This document shows, piece after piece, positions 43,559-52,952 of a stretch of 64,000 nt of DNA. The stretch's first letter is position 1. Every line of letters begins with the position of its first letter. The translations under genes were made by a program, and so were the position numbers. The stretch is from positions 22,127 through 86,126 of the forward strand of contig JACIWL010000003.1 in NCBI GenBank assembly GCA_014360995.1. Reading direction: 5' to 3'. The DNA is from Candidatus Bipolaricaulota bacterium. GTDB taxonomy: Bacteria; Bipolaricaulota; Bipolaricaulia; Bipolaricaulales; Bipolaricaulaceae. The notes under the pieces were generated by a model. The model was given only the letters and a program-made list of their open reading frames with translations, was not told the DNA's origin and made no database searches.

Positions 43559-44896
43559 GACGCCAAGACAAGCAAGAAGGCTTAGAGGAGTCACAAGGAA
43601 CCCATATTTCATGAATGTCTTGAAGGTGATGCGGAAATCTTTTCCTGTTAGGATGGTCATCCACATGATCCCCGCCAATGCCCCAATCGGTGTGAGATTC
43701 GCCCCGAGATTAGAGCCCGCCACTGTGGCCAAAGCTCCGGGAAGAACGGCCTCCTTGGGGACAGCCCGCAGGGCCGTGGCGAAGGCCAGCGTCATGGGGA
43801 TGTTGTTGAGGAGGTTTGCGCTCAAAGCTGAACTCACACCAAAAAGGAACGTTAATAAGGGCGGGAAGCCCAGGCTAAGCTTGTAGAGTTTTTGGCCAAA
43901 AAGGGCTGTCACTCCGTAGCGGTCAAGGGCGTAAACGGTTACAAAAAGGGAGAGAACGAAGGGCACAAGGGGCCAGGGAACGCGCCGGAGGGTTTCAGCT
44001 ACGGTGGAGTCGTTTTTCAGTTTTCTTCGCAGGGCCTTGGCGTAGGACTCCCGTAAGATCAGGATTATCAAGAGAGCGAGGGCAAAAGCCGCGGAAATCT
44101 TCCACATGGGCAATCCCAGGTAGGGAGCCAAGGCCAGGGCTACCACACAGCCAGCCAAGGTCAAAAGCCCCAAGAGAGCGCCGGGCCTATCGGTTATAGC
44201 CTCCCATGGGTCCAAGGCCACGGGCTTTATAGGCTTGCGGATCTCCTTACGAAAGACGAGGTAGAGAAGCGCGGCGTTGGCCACCCCCGCCACCAGGGTG
44301 GGAAGGGCCATCCACTTGGAATAATCCACGAACGTGAACCGAAAGGCCGAGGCCACAAGGATGTTCGTGGGGTTTCCAATGTAGAGGGCCATGGACCAGG
44401 TATTGGCAGCGAAGAATTCCGCAATGAGATAGGGTTTAGGATTGATTCCGGCGTGCTTGGCGAAGTAATAAACGAACGGGGTAAAGGTGAGGACCACGAT
44501 GTCGTTGGAAGTGAAAACGGTGAGGATGGAGACGGCAATATATACGGCGAAGAAGAGCTTGACCCCGTCGGTCTTGGCGCTGGCCAGGGCATAGCGGGCG
44601 CAGGCTTCAAAGAACCCGGTAATGTCCAGGAAAATACTCATGAACACCATGGAGATGAAGAGAGTAAGGATCCCCAACGGGCGGAGCTCTTCGGTGCCGT
44701 TTAGACCCTGAACGATGTCCGACCCAGTGAGGAGGCCCGTGGCCAGGATCAAAAGGGGGCCCAAAAGCGCCCCAAAGAAATAGGTTTCCAGCCTAAGCTC
44801 GCGCTTCCTTGTGCGAATGTAAAGGTACGGCCTGCGCAGGATGAGGCCAAACGTAGCTAAACAGGAAAAGAGGAAGATCAGGGCTGCCGTTAGCAT
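43538..44896 (-). CDS. ArsB/NhaD superfamily permease
   Basis: 452 aa with about 11-12 hydrophobic spans and an internal duplication typical of ArsB/NhaD/CitMHS-type anion permeases. The 3' end overlaps the convergent PhoU-like gene by 21 nt. Confidence 0.8.
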   Translation of the reverse strand: MLTAALIFLFSCLATFGLILRRPYLYIRTRKRELRLETYFFGALLGPLLILATGLLTGSDIVQGLNGTEELRPLGILTLFISMVFMSIFLDITGFFEACARYALASAKTDGVKLFFAVYIAVSILTVFTSNDIVVLTFTPFVYYFAKHAGINPKPYLIAEFFAANTWSMALYIGNPTNILVASAFRFTFVDYSKWMALPTLVAGVANAALLYLVFRKEIRKPIKPVALDPWEAITDRPGALLGLLTLAGCVVALALAPYLGLPMWKISAAFALALLIILILRESYAKALRRKLKNDSTVAETLRRVPWPLVPFVLSLFVTVYALDRYGVTALFGQKLYKLSLGFPPLLTFLFGVSSALSANLLNNIPMTLAFATALRAVPKEAVLPGALATVAGSNLGANLTPIGALAGIMWMTILTGKDFRITFKTFMKYGFLVTPLSLLACLGVLALEFL

Positions 44897-45137
44897 AGGG
44901 CCAAAGGATCTTTACGCCCATCCAGGCGGGGCGGAATTCATTTCCACACGAAGATCTGTGGAGATCATGGGAGACGTCCAGGCCCAACTTATACCCCAAC
45001 CAAGGGGAAAGCACAACCTTCCAAGACTGTTGAACTTCCAGGGAAACTGTCTAGCTTTTGTCACCTGACCTGGGAGGCTTAAGGTTTGCCCTCGCCGCCC
45101 CTCAGCGCACAAACGCCGCTACTTCCTTGGTCCTCCT

Positions 45138-45498
45138 CGGCCTCCTTTTAAGCTCTCCGCCTTTTACACCGTCTGGAGGCGCTCGGCCACCCCTTGCCAA
45201 TCCCCCTTTCTCACCTTGTTAAGGCTGTCTCGTACGGCGTGGAGTACACGAAGCCGCCACTCGCTTTTGGGGAAGATCTTCTTGATCGTCTCCTCCAAAC
45301 CAGGGAGGTCGTCGTTCACAAAGATTCGAACCTTATCCACCCGCGCCACCTGAAATCCTTGAGGACCTCTTTCCAGTTCTGAGCACTTTCCCCTTCGGCC
45401 AAGAATACAGAATCCCAAGCTCTCCCTTCTTCCATCGGGCAAGATCCCCAACGCAGGTACACCGGTTCCATGGTCATGGGATTGGCCCTCCTCAGCAT
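45138..45498 (-). mobile_element. Internal fragment of an IS256-family transposase gene
   Basis: Nucleotide and peptide similarity to 9455-9800 (GILPDGRRE.LGF, NDDLPGLEETIKKIFPKSEW.L.VLHAVRDSLNKVRKGD.QGVAE.LQ.V), with frameshifts and both ends missing. Confidence 0.75.
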
Positions 45499-45536
45499 CC
45501 TAGGCCTGGACCTTTGGTCAGCTAAACTTCGGACCT

Positions 45537-45568
45537 AAAAAGAAAAAAGGGGCCCGCGCTCGGGCCCC
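45537..45568 (-). terminator. Rho-independent terminator after the lamin-tail-domain gene
   Basis: The minus strand reads GGGGCCCG-AGCG-CGGGCCCC followed by TTTTTTCTTTT. Confidence 0.6.
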
Positions 45569-45589
45569 TTCACAAACCTAGGCACAAAC

Positions 45590-47248
45590 TTACCGAACGA
45601 TTAGGTGAAGAAGACAATAGTGTCCGCCGGGCCCAGCTACGGCCACCCGGTATTCCCCAGGCTCAAGCGACTTGGCATCGACCACGAGGCGCCAGCGTCC
45701 AAGGGCTTCTTGATATTCGAGGCGGAAGGCTTGAGCTAGCTTCGGATCGTCAGGCCACCAACGGACCCTCGACCTTTTATTCGGATCCGGGCAATAGCGC
45801 GTCATCACAAATTGACTTGTGTGGAATAAGAGGAAAGTCGGCCAGCTCGAGCTGTAAAGGATAGCACCTTCATTTGTACTTCTTGGGGTTGCCTTAAGAT
45901 CCTCAAATTTTGCGTCCTTCCCCACCACGATAAGGCCTGTATTGGTGTACCAGTTCTCCAGGGTGTCCGGAGCAAATAGGCTGATGCGCTCCATGGATTG
46001 GAACTCCGGGGAGCCTGCTACCCATCCCTTGGTAACCCGCGGATCAGCGTTGGCCGTGTCCACCACCTTACCGGTTGGATCGAGGAGTTCCAGCACTTCG
46101 CCCCGCGGGTCGAGGGCTAGGTCGTAGACAAGGTCCGCCGGGATACCCCGCACCACCTCATCGCGCCCGCGTTCGAGAAGGTAGGCGCTTGCCGCAGCAA
46201 CTAAACCCCGGAGTTCCACAACCTTCCACTCCCTCTCCGCGACAGTAGTGGCCTGAGTGAGACGCCAGCGCAGGATCCAACCCGTGAGGTCCACCGCGTT
46301 CTCCGTGACGTTCATGAGCTCGATCCACTGGTCGTCCGCGTTTGCTGCGGTCCCACCCCAGGCGATTTCGTTGATCACAATTGGGCCAGTATCGTCGTAG
46401 ATGAGGACAGCTGCGGTGTCGCTGACCACGTCGTCGGTGCGGCGCTTCATGAGGTAGAACCCGTGGGGGGCAATCGTCCCGCGGAGCTCCACGACCTTCA
46501 CGTACTGGTCGAGCACGCCCTCCGGCTGCTTGCGCCGCCAGCGGAGGGTCCACCCCGTGAGGTCCAGCAGCTCATCAAACGAGCGGTAGAGTTCAATCCA
46601 TTCGTGCATCGGATCGGCTTCCGTGCCGCCCCAGGCGACCTCGTTGATCACGATCCGCGGGCCGAGGGCGCCGCCTCCACCGGCGATCTCCTCCCCGCAG
46701 TCCACCACCATGATCTGGATCATTCCCAGGGCAAAAGCGCCCATGGGGTCCGTGACGATATACGTAATGCGGTCGGTGCCCAGGAAGTCAAACTGCGGGG
46801 TATACACCACGTCCACCGAAGCCTCGTGAGGGGCACGGTATGTAACCGCACTTAGGCTCCCGCTCAAAGCGCCGGAAGCAGGTGCTCCAAGGATTGCGAA
46901 CGTCAACGGATGTGAGTCCGGATCCGCTGGGTTCAGGTTGGCGTCATACCCCCGAAGGGAAAAGGCGAGGAGTGTGTTCCAGCATGTCACGAGGGGCAGG
47001 GCCTCTGCCGTGGGGGGCGCGTTGTTCCATACCCAGTCTTTCAGGGCATCGGGACCATTTGCGCTGCCGAGCCCTGTCTCCCGATGCAGGAGGGCCCCGC
47101 CGAGCGTGACGTCCGTAATCGCTCTGATCACGACCCTGCCCGGGGTAGCCGCGAACACGGTCAGAGAAGCTTTTCCACCGATGGTCGAGGGGCTCGATGC
47201 GGTTACCACCGTGGCTCCCGCCGTATTTTCAAGGAGCACGAATACCAC
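45590..47248 (-). CDS. Surface protein segment with Ig/cadherin-like domain and two lamin-tail domains (distal part of an interrupted frame)
   Basis: Two LTD units (IVINEVAWGGTEADPMHEWIELY...LDLTGWTLRWR and IVINEIAWGGTAANADDQWIELMN...VDLTGWILRWR) and one Ig-like unit (LTFAILGAPASGALSG...TYTPQFDFLGTDRITYIVTD). In the same frame as 47273-48514, 8 sense codons after its TGA. Confidence 0.7.
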   Translation of the reverse strand: MVFVLLENTAGATVVTASSPSTIGGKASLTVFAATPGRVVIRAITDVTLGGALLHRETGLGSANGPDALKDWVWNNAPPTAEALPLVTCWNTLLAFSLRGYDANLNPADPDSHPLTFAILGAPASGALSGSLSAVTYRAPHEASVDVVYTPQFDFLGTDRITYIVTDPMGAFALGMIQIMVVDCGEEIAGGGGALGPRIVINEVAWGGTEADPMHEWIELYRSFDELLDLTGWTLRWRRKQPEGVLDQYVKVVELRGTIAPHGFYLMKRRTDDVVSDTAAVLIYDDTGPIVINEIAWGGTAANADDQWIELMNVTENAVDLTGWILRWRLTQATTVAEREWKVVELRGLVAAASAYLLERGRDEVVRGIPADLVYDLALDPRGEVLELLDPTGKVVDTANADPRVTKGWVAGSPEFQSMERISLFAPDTLENWYTNTGLIVVGKDAKFEDLKATPRSTNEGAILYSSSWPTFLLFHTSQFVMTRYCPDPNKRSRVRWWPDDPKLAQAFRLEYQEALGRWRLVVDAKSLEPGEYRVAVAGPGGHYCLLHLIVR

Positions 47249-47272
47249 CGGTGTTCCATCCGGCGCTGATGT

Positions 47273-48514
47273 TCAGCCGGCCCCAGTGTTGGTCTCCACC
47301 TGCGCGGTTACTGTATGGTGCGTGCCCACCGGATTCACTGACACAAGAGGGGTAACACTGATCCGGGCGTCCGCATACATCTTCGTAGCCGGACCGCTTG
47401 AGTTGCCCATGCCGTTCGTGGTCCGCACGATCTGGGTGCCGCCTGCGAACGTCATCGTGACCGTGGCCGACGCCGTGAACACAGCTGGTGAGGGTTGGTT
47501 GATGGTGAGGTTCCAGGTAGCGCTCATCCCGTCCGCGGCCACCGTTGGTCCGCTCAGAACCTGGCTCCCTGGGGTCGGCGTCACGGTGTAGTTGAGAGTC
47601 CACGAACTCGGCGCCGCGCCCTCAGCGTACGCCGTGATCAGGAACGTGTGCGGGTTACCCACCGCGTTTGTCGCCTGCCCCGGGTTGATCATGATGTAGC
47701 CATCTACCCCTACGTAGTGGCTTGGATCGGTCGCTGTCACTGTCTGCCCGTCGTACGTCGTCGTTGCGGTCCCAACGTTCCCGTACTGCCCGGCCACGGC
47801 CGTCCCCGTTTTCGTCAGGGGCGCGCTCGCCCCGGGAGCAAGGCTTGGGATCGTCCCGATCGAACCCACCTGATCGTCCGTCACGACGATGTCTGTCAGC
47901 GTTACGTCCCCGGTGTTCGTCACCTTGTACGTCCACGTCACCGTGGACCCCGCGGGCACCGCTGGACCGGGCGGCATGTTTGCATCTACCCCGTTTGTCT
48001 TCTTCTCGAGCACAAGCCCTGGCTGGCCAGGCGAAGGACATGCCGGTCCCTCAACCTGATAAAAGCAGTTGCCTGGCCCTGCCTTCACCGCGGCTGTGGT
48101 GTAGCCGGTGGGCCAGTATCCGCGGAGCGTGATCCAGTACTCGCGGCATTGGGGCGTGTTGAATTCTTGGTCGAACTTCACGCCGAATAGATGTGTTGTG
48201 GGATCCGTGCCACACTCGTAGCTGTGACTTGCCGCCACGATGTCTGCGCACCCCGCGCACGTCGTGGGCAGGCCCAAAACCCAATGACTGATGGCCGGGT
48301 CGCCGTTCGAGCACACGCGGTACTGAAACGTAGTGTTCATCCCGTCAAACGTGGCCCCAAGGAACACCACGGCGTATTGAGAACAATTTTGGGCTGAGGC
48401 ATGAAACCAGGCTCCTGCGCCCAAGAGCAGGACGAGAAGGAGGGAAATAAACCCGGTTCTCGCCAGCCGCACCGGTAAGCGCGCTTCTTTGCCAATCCTG
48501 AACAAACTTGCCAT
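47273..48514 (-). CDS. Secreted DUF11/Ig-like repeat protein (proximal part of the interrupted frame)
   Basis: Signal peptide ...ISLLLVLLLGAGAWFHASAQ. Cys-rich N-domain. DUF11-type unit (LEKKTNG.DAN..PGP.V..GS.VTWTYKVTNTGDVTL..IVVTDD). Ig-like repeats with N.VG..HT. RBS AAGGGGGG before the ATG. Confidence 0.8.
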   Translation of the reverse strand: MASLFRIGKEARLPVRLARTGFISLLLVLLLGAGAWFHASAQNCSQYAVVFLGATFDGMNTTFQYRVCSNGDPAISHWVLGLPTTCAGCADIVAASHSYECGTDPTTHLFGVKFDQEFNTPQCREYWITLRGYWPTGYTTAAVKAGPGNCFYQVEGPACPSPGQPGLVLEKKTNGVDANMPPGPAVPAGSTVTWTYKVTNTGDVTLTDIVVTDDQVGSIGTIPSLAPGASAPLTKTGTAVAGQYGNVGTATTTYDGQTVTATDPSHYVGVDGYIMINPGQATNAVGNPHTFLITAYAEGAAPSSWTLNYTVTPTPGSQVLSGPTVAADGMSATWNLTINQPSPAVFTASATVTMTFAGGTQIVRTTNGMGNSSGPATKMYADARISVTPLVSVNPVGTHHTVTAQVETNTGAG

Positions 48515-48640
48515 GATACCCCCCTTACTTCCTTCGCGGCTCTAACCTAGGAGCCTGAGAGAGGTCCATGGCTTGGTGTCCTGGATCGCTCTTTAGCCGC
48601 TAGGTTCCCTGCGACCAGGGTCTTTCCGATCCCTGGCCCT

Positions 48641-48673
48641 AAAAATAAAAAGCTGCCAGGTTTCCCTGGCAGC
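48641..48673 (-). terminator. Rho-independent terminator downstream of the pyrH-nitroreductase transcription unit
   Basis: The minus strand reads GCTGCCAGG-GAAA-CCTGGCAGC followed by TTTTTATTTTT. Confidence 0.7.
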
Positions 48674-48879
48674 CCGACCGCCCGTTCTGGGCTCGTGGAT
48701 TTGCGTCCCTACATTCCTGTAGGTTTGCCCTTTTCAGGGAAGCAAAGCCATTGTATGCCGAAAATTCTCCCTGTCAAATGGACATTTGACCCAAGTTGAT
48801 AGATCGCAACCAGCCGGGAAAACTTCCGGATGCAGCCCAGCCTTCAGGAAACCCTACGTGGGGCCAAGGGAATGCGGTT

Positions 48880-49395
48880 TTAGAGATGTTGGCCGAACCG
48901 CTGCCAATGTACCTTTGCTGGGTCGTACTGGGTGCGGGGTTCCGGGTGCTCGGCCGGCACACCCACCGGGATGACCGCGAAGATCCAGTAATCCTGGGGC
49001 ACGCCCAGAAGTGGGTGGATAGCGTCCTGGCGCTTTTCGTCCATGCCGCACCAGGTGGCGCCCAGTCCCAAGTTGGCCGCAGCTAAAAGGAGGTTCTCCA
49101 CCGCGGCAGCCATGTCCTGGAAGAAGTAGAAGTTCCCGGCGGGTTTCCCTAGGGGAATGATCACCGCGCCTGCGTCCACCCCAAATTTCGCGTACGGATG
49201 GGCAGTACAAACTTCCCGGATCTTCTCCCGCTCGGTGAGGACCAAAAACTCCCAGGGTTGGCGGTTGCGGGCCGAGGGCGCGGCCATGGCCGCCTTGAGC
49301 AGCACCTCCAGTTTCTCTTTCGGCACGGGCTCGCCCGTGAACTTGCGCACGGACCTCCGCCGCATGATGAACTCCAAAACCTCTTTCTCCGTCAT
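48880..49395 (-). CDS. nitroreductase family protein
   Basis: 171 aa. RRSVRKFT...P...L..LL.AA..APSA.N.QPW.F is the nitroreductase N-terminal signature. ATGA overlap with pyrH. Confidence 0.85.
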   Translation of the reverse strand: MTEKEVLEFIMRRRSVRKFTGEPVPKEKLEVLLKAAMAAPSARNRQPWEFLVLTEREKIREVCTAHPYAKFGVDAGAVIIPLGKPAGNFYFFQDMAAAVENLLLAAANLGLGATWCGMDEKRQDAIHPLLGVPQDYWIFAVIPVGVPAEHPEPRTQYDPAKVHWQRFGQHL

Positions 49396-50099
49396 CCTTC
49401 GCCTCCGATGAGGGAGCCCCTTTTCCCGGAAAGGGCCTCCAGAAGCGCCCCCTCTTTGTCGGCCTTAAACACGAGGATGGGAAGCCCATTTTCTTGGGCG
49501 ATGGCCACCGCGGCCTGGTCCATGACCCGCAATCCCCGGGCCAGGTACTCCCTGTGGCTCAGGCGGGGGAGGAATTTCGCCTCCGGGTTTCGGAGCGGAT
49601 CGTCATCATAGAGGCCGGGGACCTTGGAGGCCTTAAGGACGACCTCCGCTTCCACGGAGAGGGCGCGGATCACGGCGGCGGTGTCGGTGGTGACGTAGGG
49701 GTCGCCCGTTCCCGCGGCGAAGATCACCACTGATCCTGAGCCCATGGCCTCCTTGGCCCGCCAGGGATCTACGGGTTCGGCCACGCCGGCCACGGGGAGC
49801 GCGGACATGAGGAGGGCGGGAACGCCTTTCCGGAGGAGAAATTCCCGCAATACCACCCCGTTGAGGAGGGTGCCGAGCATGCCCACGATGTGGCCGGAGG
49901 TTTGGGGGAGGAAGGGCAAGGCCGCGCCACGGGCCACGTTGCCCCCGCCCACGACCACCGCGAGCTCCGCCCCGGCCTCCCGGGCCCGCCCGATCTCCCC
50001 GGCATAAAAAGAAAAGGCCCCTTCGTCCAAGGGGCCTTCCTTTCCACCCAAGACCTCTCCTGAGATCTTCAGGAGGGCCCTCTTCCACCGCAAACTCAT
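49392..50099 (-). CDS. pyrH: UMP kinase
   Basis: 235 aa. LLKISGE.L, VVGGGN and AGTG.PY.TTD motifs. Confidence 0.92.
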   Translation of the reverse strand: MSLRWKRALLKISGEVLGGKEGPLDEGAFSFYAGEIGRAREAGAELAVVVGGGNVARGAALPFLPQTSGHIVGMLGTLLNGVVLREFLLRKGVPALLMSALPVAGVAEPVDPWRAKEAMGSGSVVIFAAGTGDPYVTTDTAAVIRALSVEAEVVLKASKVPGLYDDDPLRNPEAKFLPRLSHREYLARGLRVMDQAAVAIAQENGLPILVFKADKEGALLEALSGKRGSLIGGEG

Positions 50100-50689
50100 C
50101 CCTCGCCCACCTGAAAGCGCACGAACCGGCGAATGACCACGGGCTCACCTAATTTGGCTGCAAGCTCCCCCACCACGTCCTCCACCCGCAAGTTGGGGTC
50201 GCGCACATAGGGCTGCTTCAGGAGGCAGTTTTCCTCGAAGAATTTTTGGAGCCTTCCCTCCACGATCTTCTCCACGATGTGGGGTGGTTTTCCCTCCCGC
50301 TCGGCCTGCTTGCGCAGGATTTCTTTTTCCTGCTCCACCACTTCTTGAGGCACGTCTTCGGGAGAGACCCAGCGGGGGCGGGCCGCGGCGATCTGCATGG
50401 CCAGGTTCCTTAGGAACTCCCGGAAGGCCTCGGAGTTGGCGGCAAAATCCGTGGCGGTGTTCACCTCCACCAAAACCCCGATTTTCCCGGAGTGATGGAT
50501 GTACGCCTCCACTCGCCCTTCCTTCACCTGGCGGGTTTGGCTAGCCAAAAACTCCTTTCCCTCCTCGCGCAGGATCTTTTTGGCCTTTTCGATGTCCCCG
50601 CCCGCTTTGATCAGGGCTTGTTTGCAGTCCATGATGCCAAGGCCCGTTTCCTCCCGCAGCTTTTTCACTAGCTCCACGGTGATCTCCAT
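50096..50689 (-). CDS. tsf: elongation factor Ts (short form)
   Basis: 197 aa. VKKLREETG.GIMDCK.AL (UBA-like N-domain) and IGVLVEVN..TDF.A. Confidence 0.92.
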   Translation of the reverse strand: MEITVELVKKLREETGLGIMDCKQALIKAGGDIEKAKKILREEGKEFLASQTRQVKEGRVEAYIHHSGKIGVLVEVNTATDFAANSEAFREFLRNLAMQIAAARPRWVSPEDVPQEVVEQEKEILRKQAEREGKPPHIVEKIVEGRLQKFFEENCLLKQPYVRDPNLRVEDVVGELAAKLGEPVVIRRFVRFQVGEG

Positions 50690-50692
50690 CCT

Positions 50693-51478
50693 TCACTCCT
50701 TTTCCTCAAGCTTCTCCATCATTTCCATGAGCTGTTCCTCGTCCACGGCGATCATCTCCGGCCGTGGCATCTCCCGCGCCTCTTCGTGGGCCACCGGCGC
50801 CGCCAATTGCAGGCCCTCCCGGCCCTCCAAAACCGCGTCGGCAATGCGGGAGGTGATGAGCCGCGTGGACTTTATGGCATCGTCATTCCCGGGGATGGGA
50901 TAGTCGATAAGGTCCGGGTCGGCGTCGGTGTCGCAGATGGCCACGATGGGGATCTTCATGGCGTTGGCCTCGCGCACGGCGTGGATCTCCACGGTGGGGT
51001 CGATGACGAAGACCACGCCGGGGAGGCGGTCCATTTCTCTGAGCCCATCGAAATTGCGTTTGAGGCGCAAAAGCTCCTTCTCTAGCTTGAGCCTCTCTTT
51101 TATGGGGAGCCTTTCGTATTTCCCCTCGGCGAAGTTGCGCTCAAGCTCGAGCATGTGGAGGACGCGGCGGCGGATGACCTCGAAGTTGGTGAGGGTCCCG
51201 CCGATCCAGCGGCGGTTCACAAAGTGGGCCCCACAGCGGCGCGCCTCCTCCTCCACGATGGCCTGGACCTGGCGCTTTGTTCCCACAAAGAGAATCCCCT
51301 TCCCCTGGGCGGCCTGCTCGCGCACAAAGAAATAGGCGCGCTCGAACATCTCCAGGGTCTTGGTAAGGTCGATGATGTGAATCCCTTTCCGCTCGGTGTA
51401 GATGTACTCCCGCATCTTGGGGTTCCATTTCCGGGCGCGGTGCCCAAAATGAACCCCAGCTTCAAGGAGTTCCTTCAT
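50693..51478 (-). CDS. rpsB: 30S ribosomal protein S2
   Basis: MKELLEAGVHFGHRARKWNPKM. ATG 51476-51478 preferred. The listed start adds 19 non-homologous residues. Confidence 0.92.
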   Translation of the reverse strand: MKELLEAGVHFGHRARKWNPKMREYIYTERKGIHIIDLTKTLEMFERAYFFVREQAAQGKGILFVGTKRQVQAIVEEEARRCGAHFVNRRWIGGTLTNFEVIRRRVLHMLELERNFAEGKYERLPIKERLKLEKELLRLKRNFDGLREMDRLPGVVFVIDPTVEIHAVREANAMKIPIVAICDTDADPDLIDYPIPGNDDAIKSTRLITSRIADAVLEGREGLQLAAPVAHEEAREMPRPEMIAVDEEQLMEMMEKLEEKE

Positions 51479-51581
51479 CGTGAGCAACGGCAAACCTCCT
51501 CCTTTCTTGCTCGGGGTGGCCGAGTATATCCGCATCCACCCTCCCCCACAACGCCCCGGGGTTTTGAGCTAAGATCGGATT

Positions 51582-52940
51582 GTGCTCGAGGGCGAGGTCC
51601 GTCACATCCCCCGTAATCCCGAGGCCGAGCAGGTGGTGCTGGGAGCGGCCCTGCTCGCACCGGAGGAGGTCGTGCCCCGCATCCTTCCCCGCCTCAGGCC
51701 CGAACACTTCTACTTCAAAGCCCACCAGGAGATCTACCGCACCATCATCGAGCTTTTCGAGCACGGGCAGCTTCCCGATGTGGTCACCGTGGCCAATCGC
51801 CTGGAGGAGCGGGGGAAGCTAGAAGGAGTAGGCGGGAGGACTTATCTACAGGAGCTTTTGCTCAAGGTTCCGGCCACGGCGGCGGTGGAGCATTACGCGG
51901 AAATTGTGGAGCAGAAGGCCCTGCGGCGCTGGCTCATCGAGGCCGCGGCCCGTATTGCTGAGCTGGGCTACGAAGAAGAGCTTCCCGTGGAGGAGGCTCT
52001 GGACCGGGCGGAGGAGGCGATCTTCACCATCGCCGAGCGCCGTTCCATGCCTGGCTATTTCTTGCTTCGCGATTTCCTTCCCTCCCACTTGGAGGTTCTG
52101 GAGGAGCTTCATCGGGACCCGAAAAGGCGGCCGGTGACGGCCATCTCCACGGGATTTCAGGAGTTCGACGCCTTCACCGCTGGCCTTCATCCCTCGGATC
52201 TCATCGTCATCGCCGGCCGGCCGGGAACGGGGAAGACGGCCATGGCCCTGAACATCGCTCGGGACGCCGCCCTCCGCCAGGGGAAGAAGGTGGGGATTTT
52301 CTCCCTGGAGATGTCCAAGGAGCAGGTCTTGGAGCGGCTCCTTTGCGCGGAGGCCCAGGTGGACCTCCACCGCCTGCGCACCGGTTACCTTCCTCCCGCC
52401 AAATGGGGGTTAATTGCGGCCGCCGCCGGCCGCCTCAACGACGCGGTGATCCTCATCGACGACACCCCCAACACCACCGTCCTTTCCATCAAGGCCAAGG
52501 CCCGCCAGATGATGCGCGAGCACGGCCTCGATTTGGTGATCGTGGACTACCTCCAGCTCGTGGAGGCCGGGATCAAAACGGATGTGCGGGAGCAGCAAAT
52601 CGCCTATGTCTCGCGTACGCTGAAGGGTTTAGCCCGCGAGCTAGGGATACCCGTGATCGCCTGCTCCCAGCTCAACCGGCAGGTGGAGAGGCGGGGGGAG
52701 GATGCCCGGCCGAAACTCTCGGACCTGAGGGAGTCTGGAGCCATCGAGCAGGACGCGGACCTGGTGGTGTTCATCCACCGGCCGGAGGGGCAAAAGGCGG
52801 ACACAAGCCCAGTGGTGGAGACGGAGATCATCGTGGCCAAACAGCGCAACGGCCCCACCGGAAGCTTCCGGCTCCTCTTCCATAAAGGTTTCGTGAGCTT
52901 CTACTCCCCCACAAAGGAAGCGGAGGAGGTCCCGTTTTAG
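51582..52940 (+). CDS. dnaB: replicative DNA helicase
   Basis: 452 aa. IPRNPEAEQVVLGA.L, GRPGTGKT (Walker A), LVIVDYLQL and SQLNR motifs. GTG start. No intein. Confidence 0.92.
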   Translation: MLEGEVRHIPRNPEAEQVVLGAALLAPEEVVPRILPRLRPEHFYFKAHQEIYRTIIELFEHGQLPDVVTVANRLEERGKLEGVGGRTYLQELLLKVPATAAVEHYAEIVEQKALRRWLIEAAARIAELGYEEELPVEEALDRAEEAIFTIAERRSMPGYFLLRDFLPSHLEVLEELHRDPKRRPVTAISTGFQEFDAFTAGLHPSDLIVIAGRPGTGKTAMALNIARDAALRQGKKVGIFSLEMSKEQVLERLLCAEAQVDLHRLRTGYLPPAKWGLIAAAAGRLNDAVILIDDTPNTTVLSIKAKARQMMREHGLDLVIVDYLQLVEAGIKTDVREQQIAYVSRTLKGLARELGIPVIACSQLNRQVERRGEDARPKLSDLRESGAIEQDADLVVFIHRPEGQKADTSPVVETEIIVAKQRNGPTGSFRLLFHKGFVSFYSPTKEAEEVPF

Positions 52941-52952
52941 AAAGGAGGCGCG

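Noticed and set aside
44897-45137. Possible sixth copy of the RAYT terminal motif (ttgtcacctgacctggg near 45056-45072)
   Set aside because: Only the octamer ACCTGACC is shared. The flanking positions do not match the 24-nt motif, so the match is compatible with chance.
47240-47290. Selenocysteine recoding of the in-frame TGA in the surface-protein frame
   Set aside because: Only a weak 6-bp hairpin (CGCCGG-AUGGAACA-CCGGUG) follows the UGA. A Sec residue in the middle of an extracellular Ig-like strand has no functional rationale. A nonsense mutation or sequencing error is more parsimonious.
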